From an uncultured delta proteobacterium (GTDB lineage Bacteria > Desulfobacterota > Binatia > HRBIN30 > BPIQ01), in assembly GCA_963761335.1 (NCBI GenBank), contig CAVXGR010000005.1, positions 229,684 through 293,683 on the forward strand: a stretch of DNA of 64,000 nucleotides, written 5' to 3'. Position numbers and translations under genes: made by a program. The notes under the pieces are model-generated. The model was not told the DNA's origin, did no database searches, and worked only from the letters and a program-made list of their open reading frames with translations. Numbering within the stretch: the first letter of the stretch is position 1; each line of letters begins with the position of its first letter. Positions 27,988-36,851 of this stretch are shown in pieces.

Positions 27988-30900
27988 TCACGACGCCTGC
28001 GCCGTGCCGCGACCCTTCCACAGCGCGAAGATGGCCGGATAGACGGTCAGCTCCAGCAGGAACGAGGTCGCCAGCCCGCCGACCATGGGCGCGGCGATGC
28101 GGCGCATGACGTCGGCGCCGGTGCCGGTGCTCCACATCACCGGCAGAAGGCCGATGAAGGTGGTGAGCACGGTCATCAGCTTCGGGCGGATGCGCCGCGC
28201 GGCGCCCTCGACGATGGCCTCGCGCAGGTCCGCCGGAGATCGCATCCGGCCCTCCTCCCGGGCGCGCTCGTAGGCGAGCTTCAGGTAGAGCAACATGACC
28301 ACGCCGGTCTCGGCGTCCAGACCGGCGAGGGCGATGAGCCCCACCCAGACGGCGACGCTGGTGTTGTAGCCGAGCAGGTAGAGGAGCCACACGGCGCCGA
28401 TCAGAGAGAACGGCACCGCCGCCAGGACGATCGCCACCTCGGTCGCCGAGCCGGTGTTGAAGTAGAGCAGCAGGCAGATGAGGAAGAGCGTGACCGGCAC
28501 CACCACCTTGAGGCGCTCCTTGGCGCGCTCGAAGTACTGGAACTGACCGGCCCACTCGAGGCGCAGGCCCGCAGGCAGGCGCACCTGGCGGGCGACCACC
28601 TCCTTGGCCTGCGCGACGTACTCCGCGATCGCCCGGTCCCCGGTGTCGACGAAGACGTAGCCCACCAGGCGGCCGCCCTCGCTGCGGATCATCGGTGGTC
28701 CGGTGGCGAACTCGATGTCGGCCACCTGCCGCAGGGGCACCTGCGCGCCTCCCGGAGTCGCCACCAGCACGCGCTCGAGGGCCGTCGGGTCGTCGCGGAA
28801 ATCGCGAGCGTAGGCGACGCTCACCGGGTAGCGCTCGCGCCCCTCGACGGTCTCGGACACCTGCATGCCGCCGATTGCCGTCTGCACCACGTCGTTGACG
28901 TCGGCGACGCGCAGCCCGTAGCGCGCCGCCGCGGCGCGATCGACTTTCACGTCGAGATAGAAGCCGCCGGTGGAGCGGTCGGCGAAGGCGCTGCGCGTGC
29001 CGGGGATCGCCGCAACCGCCTGCTCGATGCGCACCGCGGTGTCCTCGATGGTCGCCAGATCGTCGCCGAAGATCTTGATGCCGAGTGGGCTGCGAATGCC
29101 GGTGGAGAGCATCTCGGTGCGCGTCTGGATCGGCATCCACCAGATGTTCGGCATGCCGGGATAGCGCAGCGCGCGATCCATCTCGGAGATCAGGTCGTCC
29201 CAGGTCATTCCTTGCCGCCACTGCTCCCGCGGCTTGAGCATTACCACCGTCTCGACCATGCCGATCGGCGCCGGATCGGTGGGTGAGCTGGCGCGCCCCA
29301 TCTTGCCGAAGACGCTCATCACCTCGGGGAACTGCTTGAGCTTGCGGTCCATCGACTGCAGCAGCACGCTGGCCTCGCTCATCGACATTCCCGGCGGAGC
29401 GGTCGGCATGTAGAGGATGGCGCCCTCGTTGAGCGGCGGCATGAACTCGCTCTGGATCTGCAACGCCGCCGGAACGGTCAGGGCCACGGCGATCACCGCC
29501 AGGGCGATGACCGAGCGACGGAAGCGCACCACGAAACGGACCACCGGCACGTAGAGGGCGATGAGAATGCGGTTGAGCGGGTTGGCCTCCTCGCCGCGGA
29601 TGCGGCCGCGCACGAAGATGGCCGCCAGCGCCGGGGTGAGCGTGATCGCCAGCAGCGCCGCGAAGCCCATGGAGTAGGTCTTGGTGAAGGCCAGCGGCCG
29701 AAACAGGCGGCCCTCGACCGCCTGCAGGGTGAACACCGGCAGAAAGGAGACGGTGATCACCAGGAGCGAGAAGAAGATGCTCGGGCCCACCTCCTGCATG
29801 GCCCCGATCAGCACCTGCAGTCGGTCGCCGGGACGGCCGACCTCCTCCCAGACCTCGAGCTTCTTGTGGATGTTCTCGATGATGATGATCGAGGCGTCGA
29901 CCATGGCGCCGATGGCCACGGCGATGCCCCCGAGCGACATGATGTTGATGGTCAGCCCCTGGTAGAACATGGGCACGAAGGAGAGCAGCACGGCCAGTGG
30001 CAGGGTGACGATCGGCACCAGAGCGCTGCGCGCGTGCAGCAGGAAGACGAAGATCACCAGGCTGACCACCAGCATCTCCTCGATGAGCGTGTGGCGCAGG
30101 GTGTCGATCGAGGCCTCGATCAGCCCCGAGCGATCGTAGGTGGTGACCACCTTCACGCCTGCCGGCAGCGTCTTCTGCAGCTGCGCCAGGCGCTCCTTCA
30201 CCGCGCCGATGACGCGCAGGGCGTTCTCCCCGTAGCGCATGACGACGATGCCCCCGACCACCTCGCCGCGGCCGTCGAGATCGGCGAGGCCGCGGCGCGG
30301 CGCCGGACCGAGCTTCACCTCGCCGACGTCGCGGATGTAGACCGGGGCGCCCGTGGTCCCGACCTTCAGCGGCACGAGCTCGAGATCCTGCTTCTTCTTC
30401 ACGTAGCCGCGACCGCGCACCATGAACTCGTGCTCGGAGAGCTCCAACACCTGGCCGCCGACCTCCTGGTTCGACTCGCGCACCGCCTGCACCACCTCGC
30501 GCAGGGGGATGCCGAGGGCCACCAGCTTGTTCGGGTCGAGAAGGATCTGGTACTCCTTGCCGAAGCCGCCGACCGAGGCGACCTCGGCGACTCCGGGCAC
30601 GCTCTCGATGGCGTAGCGCAGGTTCCAGTCCTGCAGGCTGCGCAGCTCCTGGAGGTCGAGCGTGCCGCTCTCGTCGACGAGCGCGTACTCGAACACCCAG
30701 CCGACACCCGTGGCATCGGGGCCGAGGACCGGCGTCACCCCCTGCGGCAGCGCATTGGAGACCTCGTCGAGATACTCGAGGACTCGAGAGCGCGCCCAGT
30801 AGATGTCGGTTCCGTCCTCGAAGATGGCGTAGACGAAGGACATGCCGAACATCGACTGGCCGCGCACGTACTTGATGCGCGGCGCCGCCAGGAGGCTTGC

Positions 30901-31110
30901 GGAGATTGGATAGGTGATCTGGTCCTCGACGATGTCGGGGCTCTGTCCGGGCCACTCGGTGAAGACGATCACCTGCACGTCCGACAGGTCCGGTATGGCG
31001 TCGAGCGGCGATTGGCGCATCGACCACGCCCCCCATGCCGCCAGGGCGGCGACGAAGAGCAGCGTGAGAAGAGGGTGCCGCGCGCAGGCGGCGATGACCC
31101 GGCCGATCAT
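27988..31110 (-). CDS. heavy-metal efflux RND pump, CusA/CzcA family
   Basis: 1040 aa. N-terminus MIGRVIAACARHPLLT with conserved HME-RND blocks throughout. The 279-aa upstream extension of the raw ORF is Arg-rich junk, so the start was taken at the internal Met. Confidence 0.9.
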   Translation of the reverse strand: MIGRVIAACARHPLLTLLFVAALAAWGAWSMRQSPLDAIPDLSDVQVIVFTEWPGQSPDIVEDQITYPISASLLAAPRIKYVRGQSMFGMSFVYAIFEDGTDIYWARSRVLEYLDEVSNALPQGVTPVLGPDATGVGWVFEYALVDESGTLDLQELRSLQDWNLRYAIESVPGVAEVASVGGFGKEYQILLDPNKLVALGIPLREVVQAVRESNQEVGGQVLELSEHEFMVRGRGYVKKKQDLELVPLKVGTTGAPVYIRDVGEVKLGPAPRRGLADLDGRGEVVGGIVVMRYGENALRVIGAVKERLAQLQKTLPAGVKVVTTYDRSGLIEASIDTLRHTLIEEMLVVSLVIFVFLLHARSALVPIVTLPLAVLLSFVPMFYQGLTINIMSLGGIAVAIGAMVDASIIIIENIHKKLEVWEEVGRPGDRLQVLIGAMQEVGPSIFFSLLVITVSFLPVFTLQAVEGRLFRPLAFTKTYSMGFAALLAITLTPALAAIFVRGRIRGEEANPLNRILIALYVPVVRFVVRFRRSVIALAVIAVALTVPAALQIQSEFMPPLNEGAILYMPTAPPGMSMSEASVLLQSMDRKLKQFPEVMSVFGKMGRASSPTDPAPIGMVETVVMLKPREQWRQGMTWDDLISEMDRALRYPGMPNIWWMPIQTRTEMLSTGIRSPLGIKIFGDDLATIEDTAVRIEQAVAAIPGTRSAFADRSTGGFYLDVKVDRAAAARYGLRVADVNDVVQTAIGGMQVSETVEGRERYPVSVAYARDFRDDPTALERVLVATPGGAQVPLRQVADIEFATGPPMIRSEGGRLVGYVFVDTGDRAIAEYVAQAKEVVARQVRLPAGLRLEWAGQFQYFERAKERLKVVVPVTLFLICLLLYFNTGSATEVAIVLAAVPFSLIGAVWLLYLLGYNTSVAVWVGLIALAGLDAETGVVMLLYLKLAYERAREEGRMRSPADLREAIVEGAARRIRPKLMTVLTTFIGLLPVMWSTGTGADVMRRIAAPMVGGLATSFLLELTVYPAIFALWKGRGTAQAS

Positions 31111-32720
31111 TGCCAGTGCTCCATCGCCAGCTTGAGCCGGCTCTCGGCGGCGATCAGGAAGTTCCCGGAGGTGACGATGACATCGCCCTCCTGCAGTCCC
31201 GCGGTGATCTCCACCAGATTTTCGGACTTCTGTCCGATCTCGACGCGCTGCGGCTTGAGGCGTCCCTGGCCGAGATCGAGGAAGACGAAGCGGCGCGCAC
31301 CGGCATAGAGGATCGCCTGCTCCGGGACGGTCAGGCGCTCGCCGAGGTCGCGCTGCAGCTCGACGTTGGCGTACATGTCCGGCTTCAGACGGCGGCCGGG
31401 GTTGTCGAGCTCGACGCGTACGCGGCCGGTGCGCGTCGTGTCGTCGAGGTAGGGATAGACGAAGGCGACGCGCCCGTGCAGGACCTCGCCGGGAACATAC
31501 GCCAGGGTGACCACCGCTTCGTCTCCGGGATGCACCAGGGCCAGCTCCGACTCGTAGACCTCGGCCTCCACCCAGACGCGATCCAGGCCGGCGATGCGGA
31601 ACAGCTTCATGCCCGGCTCGACGGCGGCGCCCTCGACGACGTTCTTCTCGACCACGGCGCCGGACACCGGAGAGAGGATGGGAACATACTCGAGCGGCTT
31701 GCCGGAGCGCGCGATCCGATCGATCTGCGCCTCGCCCAGATCCCACAGGCGCAGTCGCTGCCGCGCCGCGCCCACCAGGTAGTCGGCGCGATCGGGTGCC
31801 GAGGTCTTCGCCGCGGCGCGCCGGCTGGCCAGCGCCGTGAGGAGCTCCTGCTGGGTGGCGTAGAGATCCGGGCTGTAGAGGGTGAACAGCGGCTCGCCCT
31901 TGTGCACCTCCTGGCCCGGAGTGTCGGCGTAGAGAGTGCCGATCCACCCCTGATACTTGACGGAGACGTCGGCGAGGCGGGTCTGGTCGTAAACCACCTT
32001 GCCGACGGCGCGGATGGTGATCGTCAGCGGTCGCCGCTGCACCGGCGCCGTGGTGACGCCGATGGTCTGCCGGCGCTGCGCATCCACCATGATGACTCCG
32101 GTCTCCGCCTCGCTGCGCGTCACCGGCACCAGATCCATCGAGCAGATCGGGCAGGTGCCCGGCTTCTGGCTGCGCACCGACGGATGCATCGAGCAGGTGT
32201 AGTAGGCGATCTCGTCACCGCCCGCGGCGGCGTTCTTTCCGTCGTCTGCCGACCCCGTTCCGGTCGATCCGGCGGTCAGCCCGCGACGGCCGACGGTGAT
32301 GCCGTAGTTGGCCTCCGCGGAAGTGCCGCCGGCGGCGATTGCGACCTGCACCGTCCAGCTGCCCCCCATCGGGAAGTCCAGAGCGGCGATGTAGCGCCCG
32401 CCGCCGAGCGGCGTCACCGGACCCTTGCCGCGCATCTCCGACATGGCGCCCATGGCCGGCATCAGGTAGCCCACCTGGATCTGGGCGTTCTCGACTGGAG
32501 CGCCGAGGGCGTCGGTGAGGCGCAAGCGCAGGGCATTTCCCTTTTCCGCGGGCGGATCGGGGCGGATCTCGGCGGCGATGGTGAAGTCCCCCGCGCGAGT
32601 CTCCACGGTGTTGCCGGGGGGGCGGTCGCAGGAAAGTGGCGTCGCCACCAGGGTGAGCATCGACATGAAGCGCGCCAGCGTCGAAAGGCGCGTGAGCGCA
32701 ATTGACGTGAACATCTTCAT
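31107..32720 (-). CDS. efflux RND periplasmic adaptor (membrane-fusion protein), CusB-like, with N-terminal heavy-metal-binding domain
   Basis: YYTCSMHPSVRSQKPGTCPICSMDLVPV heavy-metal-binding motif. Adaptor beta-barrel and lipoyl regions. ATGA overlap with the pump gene. Confidence 0.85.
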   Translation of the reverse strand: MKMFTSIALTRLSTLARFMSMLTLVATPLSCDRPPGNTVETRAGDFTIAAEIRPDPPAEKGNALRLRLTDALGAPVENAQIQVGYLMPAMGAMSEMRGKGPVTPLGGGRYIAALDFPMGGSWTVQVAIAAGGTSAEANYGITVGRRGLTAGSTGTGSADDGKNAAAGGDEIAYYTCSMHPSVRSQKPGTCPICSMDLVPVTRSEAETGVIMVDAQRRQTIGVTTAPVQRRPLTITIRAVGKVVYDQTRLADVSVKYQGWIGTLYADTPGQEVHKGEPLFTLYSPDLYATQQELLTALASRRAAAKTSAPDRADYLVGAARQRLRLWDLGEAQIDRIARSGKPLEYVPILSPVSGAVVEKNVVEGAAVEPGMKLFRIAGLDRVWVEAEVYESELALVHPGDEAVVTLAYVPGEVLHGRVAFVYPYLDDTTRTGRVRVELDNPGRRLKPDMYANVELQRDLGERLTVPEQAILYAGARRFVFLDLGQGRLKPQRVEIGQKSENLVEITAGLQEGDVIVTSGNFLIAAESRLKLAMEHWQ

Positions 32721-34357
32721 CGCGGTTCTCCGTGGTCGGACTGCTGGTGGGTTTCCGCCGTTGTCGGAACGGCGGGGGCGAACGCCGTGCCGGGAAGGCC
32801 GCCGAGGAGGCGGGTGAGCTCGGCCAGACGCCGGTGGAAGTCGGCGAGCGCCTCTTCGTAGCTCAGCTGCACGGCGCGCTGGTTGCGCTCCGCGTCGATG
32901 AGGGCGAGGAAGCTGTTGCCGCCGCTCTCAAATCCGGCGCGCGCCGCCTGCACCTGATCGCGGGCGGCGGGCAGCAGGCGGCCGAGGTAGAGGTCGACGA
33001 TGTGGTGCATCTCCAGCAATCGCGCCGCCGTTTGCTCGACGTCGGAGCGGACGTCGTCAATGAGGCGCTGGCGCTCGCTCTCTGCCTGCTGCAGCTTGGC
33101 GCGCGCCTCGGCTTCGGCGGCGTCGAGACGCCCGCGCCAGATCGGCAGGTTGACAGAGGCGCCAATCATCCAGCGGTGCTCCTCGTCGTTCCACATCGAG
33201 TTGTATGAGCTGGTGAGGCCGAAATCCGGATAGCGCTCCAGCCCGGCCAGCTCCACGGCGGCGCGGCGGCCGCGGACATCGGCGGCGGCCATCGCCAGCT
33301 CCGGTCGCCGTTCGACGGCGAGATCGGCGAGGCGATCGACATCGGTGTGGGCCATCTGCAGCAGCGGGCTCTCGGTGGGCGGCGGCAGCATCTTTGGCGG
33401 CGGCGGCAGCGGCGCCGCATAAGATCGGTGCAGCAGCGTGTTGATGCGGGCGACGAGCACGTCGCGGTCGGTTGCCAGGGTCACCTTGCGGTGCTCCAGG
33501 TGCGCCAGCTCGACCTCGGCCGCCAGCGGCTCCTGCTGCGACAGACGTCCGGCGGCGTACTGGTCGGTGGCGGCGCGCTTGAGCGCGGCGAGCAGGCGGA
33601 CGTGCTCGTCGTTGATCTCGTCGGCGCGGTCGAGAAGGTAGTAATCGTAGAAGAGAAAGGTCGCCGCCAGAGCCGTCTCCAGGCGCAGCGAGTCGTACGC
33701 CTGCCGGCTCGATTCCGCCTCGGCGAGGGCCGCCTCGCCGCGCAGCCGCAGCTTTCCCGGCCAGGGGAGCTTCTGTGAGAGCTCGATCTGCTGGCCGTAG
33801 TCGACGCTGCTCGAGCCGATGCTCAGGGGCGCCAAGCCGTAGGCGAACATCGGATCGTCGAGCGCCGTGGCTTGCGGGTAGCGCGCTACGGTGGCGGTCC
33901 AGGCGCTGCGCAGCGCCGCCAGGCTCGGGTTGCGGCGCAGCACGGCGCGCCGCAGCTCGTCGACGTCGAGCACGGCTTCGCCCTGAAAGAGCGGCGCGTC
34001 ACTGAACGCGGCGCCCCGCCGCGTAGTGAGGAGGCGGGACGCCTCCTCTACAGTGGACGCGGCGTCCCGCCGCGTGGTGAGGAGGCGGGACGCCTCCTCT
34101 ACAGTAGACGCGGCGTCCCGCCGCGTGGTGAGGAGGCGGGACGCCTCCTCTACAGTGGACGCGGCGTCCCGCCGCGTGGTGGGGAGGTGGGACGCCTCCT
34201 CTACAGTGGACGCGGCGTCTCGCCGCGTGGTGGGGAGGCGGGACGCCTCCTCTACTTTGGGCCGCGGCCCGGAGCAGCCGGAACCACCGGCGGCGATGAT
34301 CAGCATCGAGCTCCAGAGCACGCGAGCGATAGGTCGTCGCATGTGCAGTACTCCCAC
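32717..34357 (-). CDS. TolC-family outer-membrane efflux lipoprotein (CusC/CzcC-like)
   Basis: Lipobox (AAGGSGCSG) and paired outer-membrane-factor repeats. ATGA overlap with the adaptor gene. Confidence 0.8.
   Translation of the reverse strand: MGVLHMRRPIARVLWSSMLIIAAGGSGCSGPRPKVEEASRLPTTRRDAASTVEEASHLPTTRRDAASTVEEASRLLTTRRDAASTVEEASRLLTTRRDAASTVEEASRLLTTRRGAAFSDAPLFQGEAVLDVDELRRAVLRRNPSLAALRSAWTATVARYPQATALDDPMFAYGLAPLSIGSSSVDYGQQIELSQKLPWPGKLRLRGEAALAEAESSRQAYDSLRLETALAATFLFYDYYLLDRADEINDEHVRLLAALKRAATDQYAAGRLSQQEPLAAEVELAHLEHRKVTLATDRDVLVARINTLLHRSYAAPLPPPPKMLPPPTESPLLQMAHTDVDRLADLAVERRPELAMAAADVRGRRAAVELAGLERYPDFGLTSSYNSMWNDEEHRWMIGASVNLPIWRGRLDAAEAEARAKLQQAESERQRLIDDVRSDVEQTAARLLEMHHIVDLYLGRLLPAARDQVQAARAGFESGGNSFLALIDAERNQRAVQLSYEEALADFHRRLAELTRLLGGLPGTAFAPAVPTTAETHQQSDHGEPR
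34015..34265. repeat. in-frame tandem repeat, 51 bp x about 5, encoding VEEASRL(P/L)TTRRDAAST in the N-terminal linker of the outer-membrane factor
   Basis: Each DNA unit carries two GC-rich hairpins (GAGGAGGCgggacGCCTCCTC; GGACGCgGCGTCC). Confidence 0.8.
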
Positions 34358-34478
34358 GGTCAGAGTTCATGAGAACGAGGGCACCCCACCACCGGGCGCG
34401 GAGATGCGGTATTCGCGCGCCGCGGCGGGCGCGAGCTGAACGGGACGAGGCCGTCCCGCCGTCACCGACCGAGGGTGA

Positions 34479-34892
34479 TCAGATCAGAAAGGAGCAGTTG
34501 CGAACGAAGAGAGGTAGGGGAGCGCCATGTGGAGGACCGCGCCAGGAAACGGCTTCCATCCGCGGCGCCGGGCTCGGGGCGTGAGTCACGGCGGTGGTGG
34601 CTGCCAGGACGGACGGAGGAGCGCCAGTGTCGGCGGCGACCGAGGAGACGGCTCCCGCCGGAGTGCGCTCGATTGTGCGCATCTGGCAGCAGCTCTTCGG
34701 CACCGCCGAGATCGAGGCACCCGAGGAGTTGCCGTTCTTCTGCGGGCAGCAGCAGGACAACCGCGCCTGTCCATCCACCGAGCAGATATAGAGGAGCATG
34801 CCCGAGAAGGCGGGCGAGGCGAGCAGCACCAGCGGCAGGATGAGCGCCGCGAGGGCTCCCTTGCTGCGGCTGGTGGTGCGGCGGATGAACAT
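34479..34892 (-). CDS. small secreted Cys-rich protein (SCCCPQK.., ..SCCQ motifs) directly upstream of the heavy-metal RND efflux operon
   Basis: Signal peptide and strong GC3 bias over about 80 codons. Homologous to the small ORF upstream of the second efflux operon (43491-43875). Confidence 0.4.
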   Translation of the reverse strand: MFIRRTTSRSKGALAALILPLVLLASPAFSGMLLYICSVDGQARLSCCCPQKNGNSSGASISAVPKSCCQMRTIERTPAGAVSSVAADTGAPPSVLAATTAVTHAPSPAPRMEAVSWRGPPHGAPLPLFVRNCSFLI

Positions 34893-34958
34893 GGACGCGA
34901 ATTCTAGGCCAGTTGCGCGGCTTTGCCAATCGCCGTCTGCGGATGGTGAGCGCGGCCC

Positions 34959-35498
34959 TCAGCCGGCGGCTCCTTGGTGGTGGTGCTCTTCTTCCTGCGT
35001 CGCGGCGCGCAGCTCGGACTTCTCCTGCGGGGTGAGGTGCGGCAGGTGGCGGACGAAGGCGACGATCTTCCAGATCTCCTCGTCGGTGTGCGTCGGCGCG
35101 AAGGCGGGCATGCCGGTCATGCGCACACCTTGCCGGATGGTCCAGAAGAGCTCGCCGTCGCTGATCTCCTCGGAGTCCTTCCACAGCTCCGGAGCGTCGG
35201 GATGGAGCCCCTTGGCCAGCTCGGCGGGCTCGACGTCGGGGGCGCCGTGGCAGACGACACAGTTCTCGCGATAGTGGTCGAGGCCGACGGCGATCGCCGC
35301 CGGATCGCCGTCGAAGCGGCTTTGTGCCTGCGGCGCGGCGTGCTCGATCCACGAATCGTAGGCGAGCTCGCCCACGAAGCTCTCGACCGGCCCGGGCTCG
35401 GGCTTCGCCGACATGTCGATGAAGCCGAGCCGAAGAGCCAACAGCGGCGTGCCGATGCAGACGATCACCCCGAAGACGAAACCGGCCCAAAAGCGCAT
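34959..35498 (-). CDS. membrane-anchored mono-haem c-type cytochrome
   Basis: N-terminal TM helix. Single CVVCHG haem site. The downstream Met in GVRMTGMPAF is the likely sixth ligand. Confidence 0.7.
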   Translation of the reverse strand: MRFWAGFVFGVIVCIGTPLLALRLGFIDMSAKPEPGPVESFVGELAYDSWIEHAAPQAQSRFDGDPAAIAVGLDHYRENCVVCHGAPDVEPAELAKGLHPDAPELWKDSEEISDGELFWTIRQGVRMTGMPAFAPTHTDEEIWKIVAFVRHLPHLTPQEKSELRAATQEEEHHHQGAAG

Positions 35499-35599
35499 GT
35501 GCGTTCTCCTTTCTCGCTTCGCCAATTCCAACTGGGGACGCCGAGGCGTCGAGCCGTCCCGTATTGGCCTGCAACCATTGTGGCTGAGACCGTGCGGGA

Positions 35600-36010
35600 C
35601 ACAAGTCAGCCGCTACTTCGAAAATCTGCTGGGTGAAGGTCTGGCGGAGCCCCGGCGCTTGGGGTGGAGATTATCGCCCCGGAGGGGCGCGGGCATGTAG
35701 CCCCGGGTGCCAACCCGGGGACCGCGTCCCGATTGCCCGGATCTGCGCCCCGGAGGGGCGCAGGCGTAGGGGCCGCGTGAATCACGTCGATGAGCTTTCC
35801 ACGCACCCAGCGGTGATCATCGGCGTACAGGCGCGACATCGACGAAATTTTGCCCGCGCCCCTGGCGGGGCGCCTATGACGGACCGTGCACTTTTCCCCG
35901 GGTTTCACCCGGGGCTACACGCCACTGCCCCTCCGGGGCGAACTTCGCCGAGGCCGGAACCCCCAAATCTCTTCCCGGGTCAGAACCCCGGCCTCATTTT
36001 CATCGTCTGC
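35600..36010. repeat. MITE-like repeat family B (roughly 400 bp, full-length copy)
   Basis: Related copies at 58409-58625 (5' part, above 90% identity) and 56040-56710 (reverse orientation with an internal duplication of about 205 bp). Imperfect terminal inverted repeats of about 70 bp starting GAAAAT and ending CGCCCCGGAGGGGCG. Fragments also lie inside 12420-12640. Confidence 0.7.
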
Positions 36011-36105
36011 TGGCGAGCCGCAAGGCAAGGCTCATGACGCACTGCTTCGAAAGTGTCGTGGGTGGGCCATCCGAGTGGCGTGGGGTCGTGGTCGCAAGCG
36101 CGGAG

Positions 36106-36579
36106 CTACCCGAGCGCGCCGGAAGCGAACTCCTCGGCGCTCAAGACCTGCACTCCGTAACGCAGCAGGGAGCCGAAGTGGCGCCGATTGTCCGTGACCA
36201 CGACGCTGGCGCCGTTCGCTCGTGCGGTCTGGGCGATGTGAAGATCGTACGCGCGTCCTCCGCTGATCCGATCGGCAACGGCATCGTCGAGCAGGCGCAA
36301 GCGCTCCGAGACAGGCAGGTCGTACACCTCGAACCGCTTGAGGATCTCCTCACGGAGCAGGCCGGCGGCATCCGCTGGGGATAGACGCAGCTCCGCAGGC
36401 AGGCGAGTCGAGACCGAGTAGAACTCCAGGCAGCAGTGCCACGCGGTGGCGGGCTTTCTCACTCGTCCTTCGGCAATGGCTGTCATCACGCTTTGGGAGT
36501 GCACGGCTGCCGGGCCGATGTCGATCAGGCCGGCCAGCAGGATCGTCGTATCGAAGAACACCGGCTTCACCACGGCCAT
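36106..36579 (-). CDS. vapC: PIN-domain ribonuclease toxin, VapC-like
   Basis: PIN acidic residues (VFFDTTIL.., ..VVTDNRRHF). About 157 aa. Confidence 0.7.
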   Translation of the reverse strand: MAVVKPVFFDTTILLAGLIDIGPAAVHSQSVMTAIAEGRVRKPATAWHCCLEFYSVSTRLPAELRLSPADAAGLLREEILKRFEVYDLPVSERLRLLDDAVADRISGGRAYDLHIAQTARANGASVVVTDNRRHFGSLLRYGVQVLSAEEFASGALG

Positions 36580-36824
36580 CGATCGCGCTCTTCTTCGACG
36601 AGCCGAGCGACATCGATCTTTGGCAGTGACCTCGCGTCTACCGAGGGCTTGGCGACGAGCCGCTTTCCGACCCGCGTGAGCTTCGGGCCTGGGGCCGTGC
36701 GGCTCAGCCGAATGCTGGAGTCCTCGAGCACGACCTCGATCTCGGTCCCCGGCACGAGCCCGGCCCGCCGCCGGAGATCCGCGGGAATCACCACTCTTCC
36801 TGCCCGATCAATGGTAGTTTTCAT
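36567..36824 (-). CDS. vapB: AbrB/MazE/SpoVT-type antitoxin, VapB-like
   Basis: 85 aa. Swapped-hairpin-like N-terminus RAGRVVIPADLRRRAG. Overlaps the vapC start by 13 nt. Confidence 0.65.
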   Translation of the reverse strand: MKTTIDRAGRVVIPADLRRRAGLVPGTEIEVVLEDSSIRLSRTAPGPKLTRVGKRLVAKPSVDARSLPKIDVARLVEEERDRWPW

Positions 36825-36851
36825 GCCATTTGTATGGCATGGACTATCCCG

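Noticed and set aside
27988-31947. 1319-aa version of the RND pump ORF
   Set aside because: The first 279 residues are Arg/Pro-rich junk that overlaps the adaptor gene. The conserved RND N-terminus begins at the internal Met (31110).
34369-34584. Short ORFs on the plus strand around the outer-membrane-factor start
   Set aside because: They overlap the 5' end of the minus-strand small CC-motif ORF and the promoter region. Their composition is Arg-rich noise.
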